A stretch of DNA of 64,000 bases. It comes from Camelus ferus (lineage: Eukaryota). Positions 13,551-26,612 of the stretch are shown in pieces. The number at the start of each line of letters is the position of its first letter. Within the stretch, counting starts at the first letter, position 1. The notes beneath the pieces are model-generated. The model was not told where the DNA came from and searched no databases. It saw nothing but the letters and a program-made list of their open reading frames with translations. A program made the position numbers and the translations under genes. The stretch lies in the NCBI RefSeq assembly GCF_009834535.1, contig NC_045696.1, forward strand, positions 121,522,001-121,586,000, written 5' to 3'.

Positions 13551-14068
13551 GAGTCCTCTCACTTGCACAACACTGAAAGGGGGATGTCCTTTGCAGAGGT
13601 GGAAACACTGTCCTTACTATTACCAAATTTTCCAGGCTTTCCAGAATAATCTAGTTTCACTGCACACTTATTATTTTCTAGTAAACCCAGTTTACCAGTA
13701 TAAGACTTTTCCTAGAAATAGATCCACAAAATTTAAAAAAAAAAAAAAGTCTGACAACAATGGCATTCTTCCCAGTGGCCAGTGCGGCTCCTTTCCCATG
13801 TGAGAGCCTCACTCGACCACGGGTCACTGGAACACTGTGCTTCCTTGTGAATACAAAGCCCCCAAAGCTCAAAAACTGGACCCAAAATATCCTTCCCTTC
13901 TGCTCCCTTCCTCCTTCCCTCAGCACTCGGAACCCGGGAGTCGACTAGTGTATATGGAGACACATGCTTGGGAAAGTGCCCATAATTCTGTCCTCGGCTG
14001 CCCTGCAATGTGTTGAATTTACTTCCCAGAGTAACATATTTTTTTTTTTGCATGCAAAACAATGCAGG

Positions 14069-14133
14069 TTTTTCCTAGCTTCACTGAGGTACACTAGACA
14101 AACAAAAACTGTACATATTTAAAGTGTACAACA
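14069..14133 (-). mobile_element. Old L1M 3' terminal fragment
   Basis: ttttcctagcttcactgaggtacactagacaaacaaaaactgtacatatttaaagtgtacaac resembles the reverse complement of an L1MA/MB 3' end. Confidence 0.65.
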
Positions 14134-16394
14134 TGCATTTTTAAAGTACATTCAGAGCCCACTTCCTGAATGACTGCAGGTGTCCGGCGAAGGCAATGAC
14201 AGCCGTGACCTCCAGGAGACCAGCCACTGGCCTGGACACATTGCTGCGCAGCCAGAGGAAATAAAACCTTTCAGTGGCTACTGAGGTCAGATTCAACACC
14301 CAAATGCAGGAGTTCAGAGTTGACTGGGGTTTCTGCAGGTCAACAAATGCCCCTAAAAGTGCACAGGCCTGTCTCAGGCACAAATGCTGCTCTGGAAGAC
14401 AGGTTCTTGAGTTCCCACCAATCACTGCGGGTGCATCCCCAGAGGCTTTGCTTCAAATACACTTATTTTTAAAATACCTCTTGAGCACCAACAATGGCCA
14501 AAACACAGTGCAAATTTGGGACCTGTAAGCCAAGAGTCCAACCCTCATGGAACTGTAATCTATCAGGGAGTCAGACATGGAGAGAAGAAAAGAAAAGCCA
14601 AACAGAATGAAATCAGTGCTAAGAAGAGAGACAGGTCATTTTTGTGAAAGGCAGACTGAATGATACATATTCTCTTACCAGGACAGACAGGAAAGTATTA
14701 CAAAGACAATGACGTGTGATATAGTGGTGGCTGAGAAATAAACACCACCTCAGCAGGCAGAGAAAGCCTGTCCAGCCAGAAGCATCGGGAAGCACACCTG
14801 CACTCCGTTGGCAGTCTGGTGTGATGTTCGGCCGCCCTGGAGTGGGCGAGATCAGATTGAGCATGGAGGTGAAGATGCCTGGGCTAACATGGCTGAAACG
14901 TAGTGTACGGGGCTCTGGGGAGCCACTGAATGTTCCGGAGCAGAAGGGCTGGGGGCTGAGGGAACAACACAAATACTAGTTATCCTGAATTTTGAGTCAA
15001 CGTCCCTGTGCTCTCCAATTGAAATGTGATGCTCAGGATGTCACTGACAACTCTGCATACCAGAGAGACATTTAAAACCACACGTCTTCACCGACAATTT
15101 TCTGCTTATCACACAAGGCTTAGAGACATATGACCACATCTCCAAGAGATAAAAACGTGTCTACATTCAAGCTTCAAGAGAAGATGAAGTCTATAGATTT
15201 TATTTTATAAAAGAAGAATTTCAATATCTAAAATGTGATTGTGCATACAGATAAGTTCTTTTTTCCCCTAAACATTTCTTGGTTTGAGGGCTGTGCTGAG
15301 TTTTGAGTTCTACCCAATTTTTTAGTGACTAAATCCAAATGGCCATTATTGAATAGACGTAGAATAAATGTTTTATGTGTGGAGAAAATATTGTTTTATG
15401 TTCTTTTTCCCCTTAAAGTCCCCCAGCAAATACAGTAACAATTGTACAAAGCTGTTCAAGGATATAGTCAATGAAATATGTAGCAGAAATCTTACTTGAC
15501 TTTACAACAACATGATACCCGTACAGAATGAAATGTGAAGAGAGCTGAGATTCCTAATTTTCTTTGATCTCTTACAATATCTAATTTGGAAATTTATATT
15601 TGAAAAATGGATTCCAAAATCCATCAGTGTCCCTTTCTCTTCCTGTCCCATGTAATTTCTCTGTCCAGGGTTTCCACTGGTGATAATAAAGGAGGCTGAG
15701 GGACGCTGGGGATGAAGCAAGGGGCAGAGCTGGAAGAGGGCCCGGCGACAGGCTCTGCACAGGTACAAGGTGCATCACTGGGCACCAGGGAGGTGATAGG
15801 CCTGAACAGAAATGCCCATTCTCTCCCACCTCACCACGGTGCTGCGACATGTCTGAAGGGAGAACACACCCGCTGTTTCCTCTGCTATGAGAGGCTAGGT
15901 TCAGGACCACCTAGGTTCAGGACCTTTTTAAAACCAGGGCACAGGAGACTTGTGATTTTTATTTCATGCTCAGTAACCTTCTGAAAAAGCAAAAGACAGT
16001 CACAAGACCTGCTGTTAGTTGGAGCTATTCAAGCGTGGGGTGTCTGAGCAGGAGACACTCCTGCTCGCTGTGCAGGATGACAAGGGACAGACGGCTCAGG
16101 AAGTGGGAGCTGGAGCCTGGCTACCGCGAGCACAACTGTCCGTGAAGGAGGTGTCTGACTCAACGCTGGCGTCCTCAAGTGCAAAAGCAGAAGCCGGAGC
16201 TGTGGGTAAAGGATGAGCCCTAGAAAGTTCCTAACCCACAGGGAAGATTCTCTTTTTGCAGGACAGTAACTACGAAGCAATCTCCTAAAGATATGTTAAT
16301 AGGCAATTGGCCCTCAATTTAAGACACCACTCTCAGATTTGTTTTAATTATTGTTTAAAATAATATACTGAGCTTTAAAAGAACCAGTAAGGCA

Positions 16395-16900
16395 CTCCCA
16401 TTCACTATCATACTAGTGATCTTTGCTAGTGCAAAAATGCAAGGAAGAAGAAATGTAAGACCTACAGATTAGAAAGGAAGAAATAATCTTGTCTCTATCC
16501 TCAGACAAAATGACTATTCACATAGGAAATCCCAGAAGTCTACAAAAAAGCCATTAGTACTAATAGTGAGTAGCAAACTCACTATTATGATATGAACATT
16601 GTGTACAAAAATCAATAGCATGTCTATACTAACAAGGAATGAAATATTAACATTTTTAAAAGTACTATTTACAGTGGCACCACAAATATTTCAATCTAGA
16701 TGCACTCTAAATTTAGATTAAAGTCTAAATCAAGCAAGATATGCCCAAGATTGTATGCTGAAAATGATAAAATATCAATGAGAAAAATCAAAGAAGACCT
16801 AAATAAATGGAGATATATTGGAAGACTTAGTATTGCTGTATAGATTCAATTCAATACCAATCAAAATATCAGTAAGGTGAATTCTTTGGTGATATTTTAT
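16395..16900 (+). mobile_element. Ancient L1M ORF2 (reverse transcriptase region) fragment
   Basis: Degenerate match to the region encoding IGKEE..SLFADDMIVY.ENP (gattagaaaggaagaaataatcttgtctctatcctcagacaaaatgactattcacataggaaatccc), plus aaatcaaagaagacctaaataaatggaga. Reading frame disrupted. Confidence 0.85.
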
Positions 16901-19900
16901 TAAGAATAAACTTACAGAAGACAAAGTCAAGACAGCTCCAAGATGCAGGTGCAACGATGTTCTCGTGGGAAATGCCAGCCCCTGCTTCTCCAACTTTGGT
17001 CAAGGACCAGCACCAGCAGTGGCTCTGTCTCCCTACCGAACCAGAATCTGCATTTTTAAAAAGATGCTCCAGCAATTCCACCCATGTACATAGTAACACT
17101 TAAGAAGCACTGTGTTCGTGTGACTTTCACCTTCAGCCCTTTCCGAAACAAATCACTCTTATCCAAAGTCTTCTCCCTTATTTAGGCAGCAAAATGCAGG
17201 TAAAGGAAATAAATTCTTGTGAAGATGTGTTTATTTCTTTGGGAGAGCCCTGCAGACCTGGCCCTAAAGCCACCTCTAAGGTCTGAATATGTTAAAGCAA
17301 GTAATTAGCATAATACCTCCTCCTCACAAAAGACAGAAACTTTGAGATTAGCATGGACACTGGGGGCTGGGGGCTGGGGATAAATAGATGGAAAAAAATT
17401 GTTTTCTATAATGAAACTGTCATTTGTAGCGAAAAGCAGCTAATCAATGTTAAAAAAGGAAACGGGTTTTAACCCAAAAGCATCTACTGCTAAATGATTT
17501 TTAATAAAAAAAATAAGCCCACTGCACTCCTTACTGTTCAACTTTTAAGATGACACTTCCTTCCTCCCACCTCACTGAGTAATTTCCTCTATAGCAGCTT
17601 TTATTTTATTCTGTTTTCAAAGCAGAATTCACACACACACACATACACGTGCGCCCGCGCGTGCGCATCTGTTCTTTTGAGGGAGTTTAGACACATGGCT
17701 CTTTCATGTGTGGAGCCAGGTCTGCGATACATCAGTAAAATGACCGATATTTTCTTTAAGTTTGTGTGTGTGTTTTAGTCCTAAATCCAGGACCAGGCCT
17801 TTTCTCCTCATGGGTCTCTGAATGATATCTTCTCCTTCAGGATTCTGGAGAGGCCCTTGGCCTCCCATAAAGGTTCTGCAGACTTCATCCGGGTTGAAAA
17901 TGCTTCACTTTCCTTCAGACAGTCCACTTACAAAGCACCAGAACAGAGTCGGCATCAGCAAGTTGTCCCAGGGTGAGACAAGATACCAGAAAACAAGACG
18001 ACCCCGGAAGGAACCCAGCCAGCCTTTGGAAGCCGGAGAAGAGCTTGTAAACTGGGAGCCAGAGAGAACCATCCTGCCTGGTGACGGCCAACGTCCTCTG
18101 TGGACCCATCCCTCAGACGCCAGCTGCGTGCTCTGAGCACTTATCATGAGACAGTCTCAGAAAGCATCACCTCAACGGTATCTTCAAGAGAATCTCAATT
18201 CCCCCTTCACCAAACAGATCATTTCTAACAGACGAATTGCTGTTGTGGCACATTTCACAAGCAGGAACTCAAAATCTGTGATACTTGATGATGTAAAAGA
18301 GAGATTACAGAGGAACCTTCTCTACAAAGCACTGGTCAGTAAATGCGGTCACTTCACATGTCAGAGTCGGCATCCAGGGCTCGTGCCACTGAACTGGGAA
18401 GAAGTGCACTCCTGCCCAGCCTCTGACACTGGTCAGCACACTCCGTTTTCAGTCTGCTGTAGATCAGCCAGACCTCAGCTGTCTCGCCCGGAAGTAATTG
18501 GCCATGACTCATCCACTTGCCCAGGACACCATAAAACACTGTGTTTTGAAGAAATTAAGTGCCTGATTTGATCCACGTGTCCTCCTTTGGAGTTGTAATT
18601 ATTCATTTCTCCAGGAGAGCAAAAGGTTGGATGCTCTGGGTTATTTATAGCTGGGGGACTGTGGCAGAGCAGAGAGAGTAGGTGGAGAGAAAAGAGAACC
18701 AGAAATTCCATTAAAAATAATGTGAGCTCAGGCAGGAAAGCAGGAAATGAAAAAGTCAACAAGTAGGAGGGAGAGGTATCAATCAGTGAGCATGGTGAAG
18801 GCAGAGAAAGATGGGCGGAGAGGAAGCAGCATAGTAACGTCCATCCTGGTGAGCTGGGGGCACTTAACAGGGTGAGGGGGGAGACAGCCCTGCGATGGGG
18901 GCACCGGAAACCCCCCTGCCAGCAGGGAGACCACTTACATTTTAATCACGTTCTGTCACCTGCCTGCAGCACCCATATGGGATCCGATCAGCTCTGTCAA
19001 CAGGTTACATCGAAGGTTCATCCCTAGCCTCCCAGGACGGCACTGTCACAGCTCCAGAGGCACGATCTGGTTTTTGAGTTAGGACGTGGCATTATGAAGG
19101 AATAGCTTCATCTGTTTGGAAGAGTGTCTTCCTGTCCAGAAATGGAGCAGCCCGAATTCCAGGAGGCCTGGAAAGTTAGCACTGGCATTTTTGAAATATT
19201 CTAAAATGTACAAAGCATATGCTTCAAGAATTATGAGGACCTGCGTGTTGGTGATGGGAACAGCTAGGCTGCACCAGGAACTCTCGCATGGAATACAGGG
19301 AGAACTGGGAGATCGGAGGGTGTAATAGGTGCTGACACCAGCGTTATTACAGAAACCCCTCCCTCTAACTCAAGTATGGTTGAATCCCTCACTCCACCGT
19401 GGTTTCAATGCACCCTGTTTTCATACAAGGTCTCTGCATTCTAGCATGCCTGCAGTTATCTAATATGCCTGCCTGGAAAAATATTTCCCACGATATTAAG
19501 TCTGTTTTTAACCAACAGTGGAAAAGGCAGGCCACTCAGGAATAAAATTTTCAGACATCCCAACAGCTCCATGTTACCCTAAACCCAAAAAACAAGTTTC
19601 ACAGACAGATTCTGCCCAAACAGTCCCCCTCCCCCACCCCATCCCCATGGCAGAGATTAGTCTTTACAGCTGGAGGCCGAGGGCAGCAAGCAGGCAAGGG
19701 GACTCCTGAGAGACAGGCCACCTGAGGATACGGCACCTGACATCTATTTCGTTTTCCTTTACCCCGAAGCAATGAGACATGGATCACATCCCTAAAATTC
19801 TCTGTGCCTTATTTTTCTTTGTTTATAGGAATAAAATGAACAGGCTGGCCTAGAAGAGACAAAACGTGCATGCTTAAAGATAAAACAAACAGAAGGGTCA

Positions 19901-19974
19901 AAGCCACGTAGCTAGTGTTAGTGTAACTAACACACAGCCCAGTATCTTTGATTTTAAGCACTGAGCCAGAGCTT

Positions 19975-20014
19975 TTTTTTTTTAATTGAAGTATAGTTGC
20001 TGTACAATTATTAC
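19975..20014 (-). mobile_element. Extremely truncated L1 3' terminus (~40 bp) with TSD
   Basis: Poly-T followed by aattgaagtatagttgctgtacaat (the L1 3' terminus), flanked by ccagagctt at 19966-19974 and 20015-20023. Confidence 0.75.
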
Positions 20015-21049
20015 CCAGAGCTTCTTTTATTATATGCAATATGGAGAACATTTTTACAGGTAGGGAAATCCATTTCAGGTGGAATGTCCAGTATGGTCCC
20101 AGGTATGAATAGAAAAAAAAACTAGTGACTGACAATAAAGTGGTCAGATCTGACCAGGACATGCTTGCTAGGCCAGGGTGTTAACAGACATGATCTTGCA
20201 AGTAGCAGAGAAAGGGAGAGGTTTCTGAGAAGGAGGGTGATATCATGAGATTGTGTTTCATGAAAAGCGACTTGAATTTCTGGAGTAATGGTGCCATTAG
20301 TGACAGAAAGAGGAACATCAGGGAAGCAGCCACGTTGGAAATGACACTCTCTGATCTGCTGCCTGTTGAATGTAAAAAAGTGGGTAAGCCCTAGAGAGAG
20401 AAACTTTAGGAAATTTGAGCTGTTGAAAGCAGAGGTCAGCCTAGAAATATCTATCAGTAATCCCATGAGTACATGTCATTACTGACACAGAGAACAGCTC
20501 GATTTTCATCATTTAGGGACCTTCAGCTGCAAGCAACAGAAACCCATCCAAGGTTATTTAATTTAAAAAATGTAGATGTAGGAGAGGAAAGAGACCACAG
20601 AAAAGAAGGACCTCCTCTCCTCAACTAGATTGGAAGGACCATTAGACTGGACACCAGATCTGGGCCTTGTCCTGACTTTTCCACTCAATACCTAGGAAGC
20701 TTTGGTTAACTTCCTTGAGGTTCCTCAGTTTCCTGGTCTTCGTAAAGTAGCAGGGAGCACCAGATGATACAGAAGGCCCATGCTAAGACCAATATTCTCA
20801 AATATTTCTATCTTCAAGAACATCTTCTGTGATGCTGGGAAGGAATTTCCCAGGAAGAGATGGTAAGGTCTGGGAGAAAATGCAATGAAAAGGCTTCCTC
20901 TGTAGTGATAGTACCAGGAGGAGTGCCCACTCGTCTTCTAAGTCCCGTCAATAATCCAGTCAGCACTTCTATGTCATGCAGTCTCAAACTAGGAATGATC
21001 TCTTTCCAGAGTTCAACATCAGATGTAAAAATCCAGATTTTCCATAGAT

Positions 21050-21560
21050 GTTACTTCTACCATGTTCTAGCTTCCAGAGTTGCTGAGGAGATGCCTGGTG
21101 CTAGCCTGACCCCACCAGTAACTTCTTGCTGTTTAGAAGCTTTTGACAGTTACATCCTTATTTTGGAAATCGAGATGTGTGTCTTTTTTTTTTTTTAATT
21201 AATCCTGCTCAGAACTCAGTGAGGACTTTCAATTTATAGACTCAAGTTTTCCTTCAAAGTAAGGAAACTGTCTTTTATTATTTTTTTAAAATAAAGTCCT
21301 CTTTTCCACCTGTTATTTTGTGGACCTTCTGGAAAGCCTGGTGAGGATCTTCAGACTGTCCCCTGGGGCATTCCTCCCTATTTTCATATTTGGTTATTTT
21401 TGTTGTCTCTTTTGAAATATTTCTTCCCATTCATCTTCTTTTAGTTCTTAGTAGCAATCATTCTCTTTCAGTTAAACTATCGTATTTTTAACCTAAAAGA
21501 TAATTTTAAAATTCCAATAACTTTTTTATGTGATAAGAAAATCCTCCTAAATACTCTCAT
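21050..21560 (-). mobile_element. Ancient L1ME-type fragment
   Basis: T-rich degenerate L1 antisense sequence (catgttctagcttccagagttgctgaggag, gactttcaatttatagactcaagttttcc). Confidence 0.5.
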
Positions 21561-23654
21561 TATCATCACTAGTCAGCTTGCATCTCCAGGAGCTCAGCTT
21601 CACCAGCCAACATCTGCCCCAGGTGTTCTGGCAGTCCCTCCTTGCTATGGCTACGCCGCATTCCCTCTGACTTACAGTCTTTCCGTACCCCTCCCATCAT
21701 CAAGTGGCAGTCACTCCAGGTGGTGGAAACTTGCAAACGTGACAGTGCAGCAGTCATCAGGACGCACTGAGCAGCAACCATACATCTTCTGTTCTTTCTC
21801 TTTGAGGAAGCCTCTCTCCCTCCAGACCTCCTGGACCAATCAAGAGGTGGGTGTCTCCTAGCCTCGGGGTTTTAAAGGATCTCTTAACTCCCAGCAGTTC
21901 TTTGGGGTCCAGGAAGGCCCTTGAGGCCCATCAAAGACCACACTTGGACACCTTCTTTAAGGAGATCCTTTCATCTCTCATAGGGCCACCTCTGATCACT
22001 CTTTGCCCCTGGCCTCTCAGCCCCTGTATTTCCTAGAACTTGTCTGGCCCAAAGGGGAATAAAGTCCTGATCTTGCTCTCTTATCCAGAAATCCCAGGAA
22101 ACGTGGCCTCCATCATACCTCCAGGGTTTCCCAGCAAGTCAGTCCCATCTGCCACTTGGTTCAGTGGAGGCAGATAATGTGGGATTATCAAGACAGATTG
22201 ATATGAAGGACATACCTTCAGGCTGCCACCTTCCCAGCATCCCTTACCTCACAGTGTCCCTTGAACTCAAATATTGTTCAAGTGTAACTAAACAGATCAA
22301 AATCCAAGTTTCTAAAGGATATAATGTAGGGTGATGATTCATACTACAGAAAAATTCTGCTTTGCAAAATATTACATTTCAAAGCAGCTAGCACCTCCTA
22401 AGAATTACAATAGCCTGATTTAAAAAAAAAATAATAACTTGATGAGTCCTTGGTTTCATGCCTCTGCAGAAAGAAAAGCCCACATAGAATTTCCTCATCC
22501 CTCATCAGGTTGCTCTAGACTGTCTTAATGCTGTCAATTTACCTTTCCCTCAAACCAAGGAATCTACCAAACATGGCATGGTTCAACTTGGGCACTGAGC
22601 AGGGCCTCAATGCACGTGAGCTGCTCCTCCTGCGAGAGGAGTGGCAGGTGCTAAGCAAACAGTGAAATGGAAGGTCTGGTGTCCAAATAAGCAGATTCTT
22701 TGCTGGGCACTGTGGCAGGGTCCAGGGTAAGGGGGTAGTGCTGGGGTGGGGGCTGTGTACATGTTCAATGGTAACTTCCCCCTGGCTCTCTTCGTACCTC
22801 TGCTCATAATACTACGCAGACACGTGCACGCCAGTGGCCAATACAAAAGGAAGCTGAACGGGGAGATTCCCCTCCCATGTCCTCACAGGTCACCCACCTC
22901 CTTCGCGGACTACTGGGAGACACAAAGACACCTTCCCAAGTCACATGATGGCAGCCATGGTTCTTTGCTCCCAGTTAGTACAAGGTCAGCTGGATTGAGG
23001 AAGGAAGAACCTCGAGGTGGGGGCCACCAGGAATTTTTTCTCCCTTGTCTCTCTCCACTACTCCAGGACTCTAAGAGCAGAGAAATGCTGGCTTCCCCTC
23101 CCCTTGAACTTCAAAGCTCCCCTACTGCTGTGACCACAGGCATCCTAGGTAACAATCCAGGAGTAAGATGAGAAAGCCATGTCAGTGGCCAACCGCACTG
23201 TGTGCACTAATCACCCTGTAAGGTGGGTGCTTCCTCCTGCACCCTCACCCCTCAGTTAGGATGACTACCATGAACTAAATCTGGAGAAACACATTTTGGC
23301 ACCACTAACGTCAGGCTCATCTGCTCACAGGACTTGACGGCATCAAGTGCACTTCCCACTTTGCCACCAGCAATGTCTCCCCAAGTATCAAAGCACAGGG
23401 CAGATGCCTGACACCTCCAGCTGCGACATACTCTTACCCAGGTGTCCAGCATGTTTAAGGAACTGAATTAACTGCCTTCATGTGACAAGGCAGGAAAGAA
23501 GACATTTCCCAGAGTGGCATTTGCTTAGGGGTTTCTAATCCAACAAAGAGTTGCTCTCACCTATTCATCCATGGACTATACTGCATGCACTTGCTGTATG
23601 CTGGGTACTGAGGATAAAGCAATGACTGGGGTGGGCGGGGTCCCAGCAAGTAGG

Positions 23655-24080
23655 AATTTATTCATTCCTGGATTCCCTCCTCATCAAATGTTTATTGACT
23701 GCCTACTATATGCCATGCCATTTCTGACCACAGAATAATCTAAAACTACTAAAAACTACACTGCTGTTGAGCATTTTAGATTACAGAACGAGGGAAGAAA
23801 AGCTGTGAGGCCTTATCCCTCCCTTATGTTAGGGGAACAAAATCACCAGGCAACAAGAAAAGCTATACAGATAATTAACAGAGTCACGTGCTGAAGAGGG
23901 ACAACAAGGTTACTTTAGATCAGGCGGTTGGGGAAAGCCACAGTCTGAGGGATCTGACACGACCTGACCATAAGGGGCAAAAGTATTTCATTCGCAGAGA
24001 AGAGCATTCAGAGAGAGACTACTGCAGAGGCCACAAGGCAGGGAAAAGCTCGGTATGTTCGAGGACAGAAAAGAAAGAGT
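23655..24080 (-). mobile_element. L2 fragment
   Basis: ttattcattc...caaatgtttattgactgcctactatatgcca, then tactttagatcaggcggttggggaaagcc...ctgcagaggcc...gtatgttcgaggaca. Confidence 0.6.
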
Positions 24081-24084
24081 GCCC

Positions 24085-24635
24085 TCTAGGACCCAGAAAT
24101 CTCAATCCTAGGTGTCTACTCAAGGTGCAGAAGACTGCTTTGTACACAAACACATGTGGACAGCAGCCTCAGTCGTAACGTCCAGCAACTGGGGCGCAGA
24201 CGCAGTGGGATACATTGGCGCAGTGGAATTCCACACAGCCATTAAAAGGAATGAGCTTATAAGAACATAGATGAATCTTGGAACACTGTGTTTAGTGGCT
24301 GAGCCTCATGTAAGAGACGGTACAATCTGCATGTTTCCATTTATATGAAACCATAGAAGAATCAGAATGGTTACTGGCTGCCATACTGAACTCTAGTTCA
24401 ATATATGCTGAGTAATTAGGGGGAGACGCACTGATGTCTCCATTTCAATTTTCAATGCACCAAATACAAGATGGATGAAAAGACAGAAGAGTGGACAAAT
24501 GAATAGTTATGTGATAACACAATTAAGTTAAAATTTTAACACTAGAATCTAACTGGTGGGTACACGGGTACTGACTGTAGAATTCTTCCAACTTTTCTGA
24601 TATTTAAATTTTTTTTTCATACTAAAAGTTTGGGA
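24085..24635 (+). mobile_element. L1MC/ME 3' end
   Basis: cacacagccattaaaaggaatgag, atagatgaatcttggaacac, tttccatttatatgaa, and the terminal tagaatctaactggtgggtacacgggt...aattcttccaacttttctg...ttcatactaaaagtttggga. Confidence 0.75.
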
Positions 24636-25169
24636 AAGAAAAGAAGGCGGCCAGGGCCGCCAGCGCACCAGAATGTGATGGAGACAAGTATTGACCAGAT
24701 TTTCCATACAAGTAAACGTATCTCGCTCACGTGATTTTTGGTTGGTTCCTTTCCTCCATTCAACTGGTTTTACAGTGTCTAGTTCATAAATGATCAGTTC
24801 TGCAGTCATAAATCAGTTCCTCAATGCAGACTGAGCCAGCAATGACACTCAGTGACCACTCACTCTGCCCCTGGCACTCTGCTGAAGGAAACAGGGGAAG
24901 TGTGAGTTATTTACTCCTAACAAGAAGTCTGCAATACATATGAAATAATCAGAGCACAGGGGAGAGCAGATAAAAAGATAATGCTCTTATAAAAATGGGA
25001 TGTGAAGAAGGCAAATGGTAAAGAAGGGCCTTGAGTGGGCCCAGGAAGAAAGATGAATTGGATTCAGTGGCAGAGTCAGACTGTAAGTGGAGAGAAGGCA
25101 GGTGAGGTGTTCGGTCACAACACGATACTTACTAAGTACCTACTACACACCTGAACTACACTGAACACA

Positions 25170-25560
25170 TTATATTAACAGATGTTTATTTTACCCCCAA
25201 GTGCCAGGAGTAAAACAGGGCACAATTTTTTCTTTACTTCATAGATCTTACATTCTAATGGGTTGGGAGGGAGGGAGTGACAGTCACTAAACAAGATAAA
25301 TAAATAAAATACCCAGTTTAACAGCAGTGATAAGAGGCAAGACAAAGGATAAAGCAGGGAGAAAGGATATAAAGTGTTAAGAGGGAGGTGACATTTTAGA
25401 TGAGAGAAATTCACTGAGAAGGAATTCTTCAGTAAAACCAAAAAGAAATTAGCTGACCACTAGGATTTTGGGTGGAAAAACATTCCAGACAGACAGAACA
25501 AACTAGTGCAAAAGTCCTGAGGCAGGGGCATTTCCAATGCATTAAACAAACACCAAAAAA
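25170..25560 (-). mobile_element. L2 fragment
   Basis: aacagatgtttatt...gtgccagg...cttacattcta...cactgagaagg...cattccagacagacagaacaaactagtgcaaaagtcctgaggcagg. Confidence 0.7.
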
Positions 25561-26239
25561 TGGAGAAGACATTACTATCTCACTTAATCCCACAGCCATC
25601 AACCCACGAGCTGTGTACTATAATCATACCATCCACATTTGACAGAGGAGAAAACTAAGGCATAGAGATATCAAGACAGACTCAATCCACACAAAACAAA
25701 CCCTCAGTTACATCAGCCATGACCTGGTCAGAACAAAATTGCTTTAATGTACAATTACAGTCTCTCTGCTCTCCACTTAGTAGATGTTGCAGAGAGAAGA
25801 AAGTCCAAGGTTCTGAGTATTACAGTTTGACCAAGAAAGCAAAGAAAAATTCAACTAAACCCTGATTACCAAATGATTTCTTTTGCTGGTGAGAGAACAA
25901 GAAGGTCCACTAGGTCAACCGAAACATTACTAAATTTGAATAGATGAACATTATGGCTGATCTTAATTCAGAAGAACCAAACTCAAGACACTTCCCTAAA
26001 GGGGCAGAGGGGAAATCTTACCCAAGTATGAGGAGCAGATAATGTCAGCAATGTGGTTGCTCTAATCAACAGACCATGGATGAAATGACAAAGGCAATCT
26101 GTCTGCAAAGAAAAACTATAAATACATGACAAATAGGATGCAGCAACTGTCATAAACAAGAGCTCAAAGCCTGCTAGCTGGACCATAAGAATTATCAGGT
26201 GCTGGGTAGTTCTCAGCATCAAAAAAACAAAATTCCATG

Positions 26240-26612
26240 CCAAACGATATCACTTATATGTAGAATCAAAAAAAAAAAAGATACAAATGAACTTATTTAC
26301 AAAACAGAAATAGACTCACAGACATAGAAAACAAAGTTATGGTTACCGGGAAGGGGTGGGGGAAGTGGGTGGGAAGGGATAAATTGGGAGTTTGAGATTT
26401 GCAGATACTAACTGCTATATATAAAATATATACATATACACAGAGAAACAAGTTAATTCTGTATAGCACAAGGAACATATTCAATATCTAGTAGTAACCT
26501 ATAATGAAAAAGAATATGAAAAGGAATATATGTATGTGTATATATGATAGAAACATTATGCTGTACACCAGAAATTGATGCAACATTGTAAACCAATAAA
26601 GAAAAAAATTTT
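26240..26612 (+). mobile_element. Young 5'-truncated L1 3' end
   Basis: gatatcacttatatgtagaatc...gatacaaatgaacttatttacaaaacagaaatagactcacagacatagaaaac...ctgtacaccagaaattg, ending in aataaa and an A-rich tail. Confidence 0.9.

Noticed and set aside
16019..16216. Ankyrin-like snippet (VQDDKGQTAQEV)
   Set aside because: Lacks the T-P/A-L-H core and repeat periodicity, lies on the strand opposite the inferred gene and has no clear exon boundaries.
18932..19170. Minus-strand exon candidate with an AAT|GTAAGT donor
   Set aside because: Stops in all three frames and a weak acceptor with a short pyrimidine tract. It could be a UTR exon, but support is insufficient.
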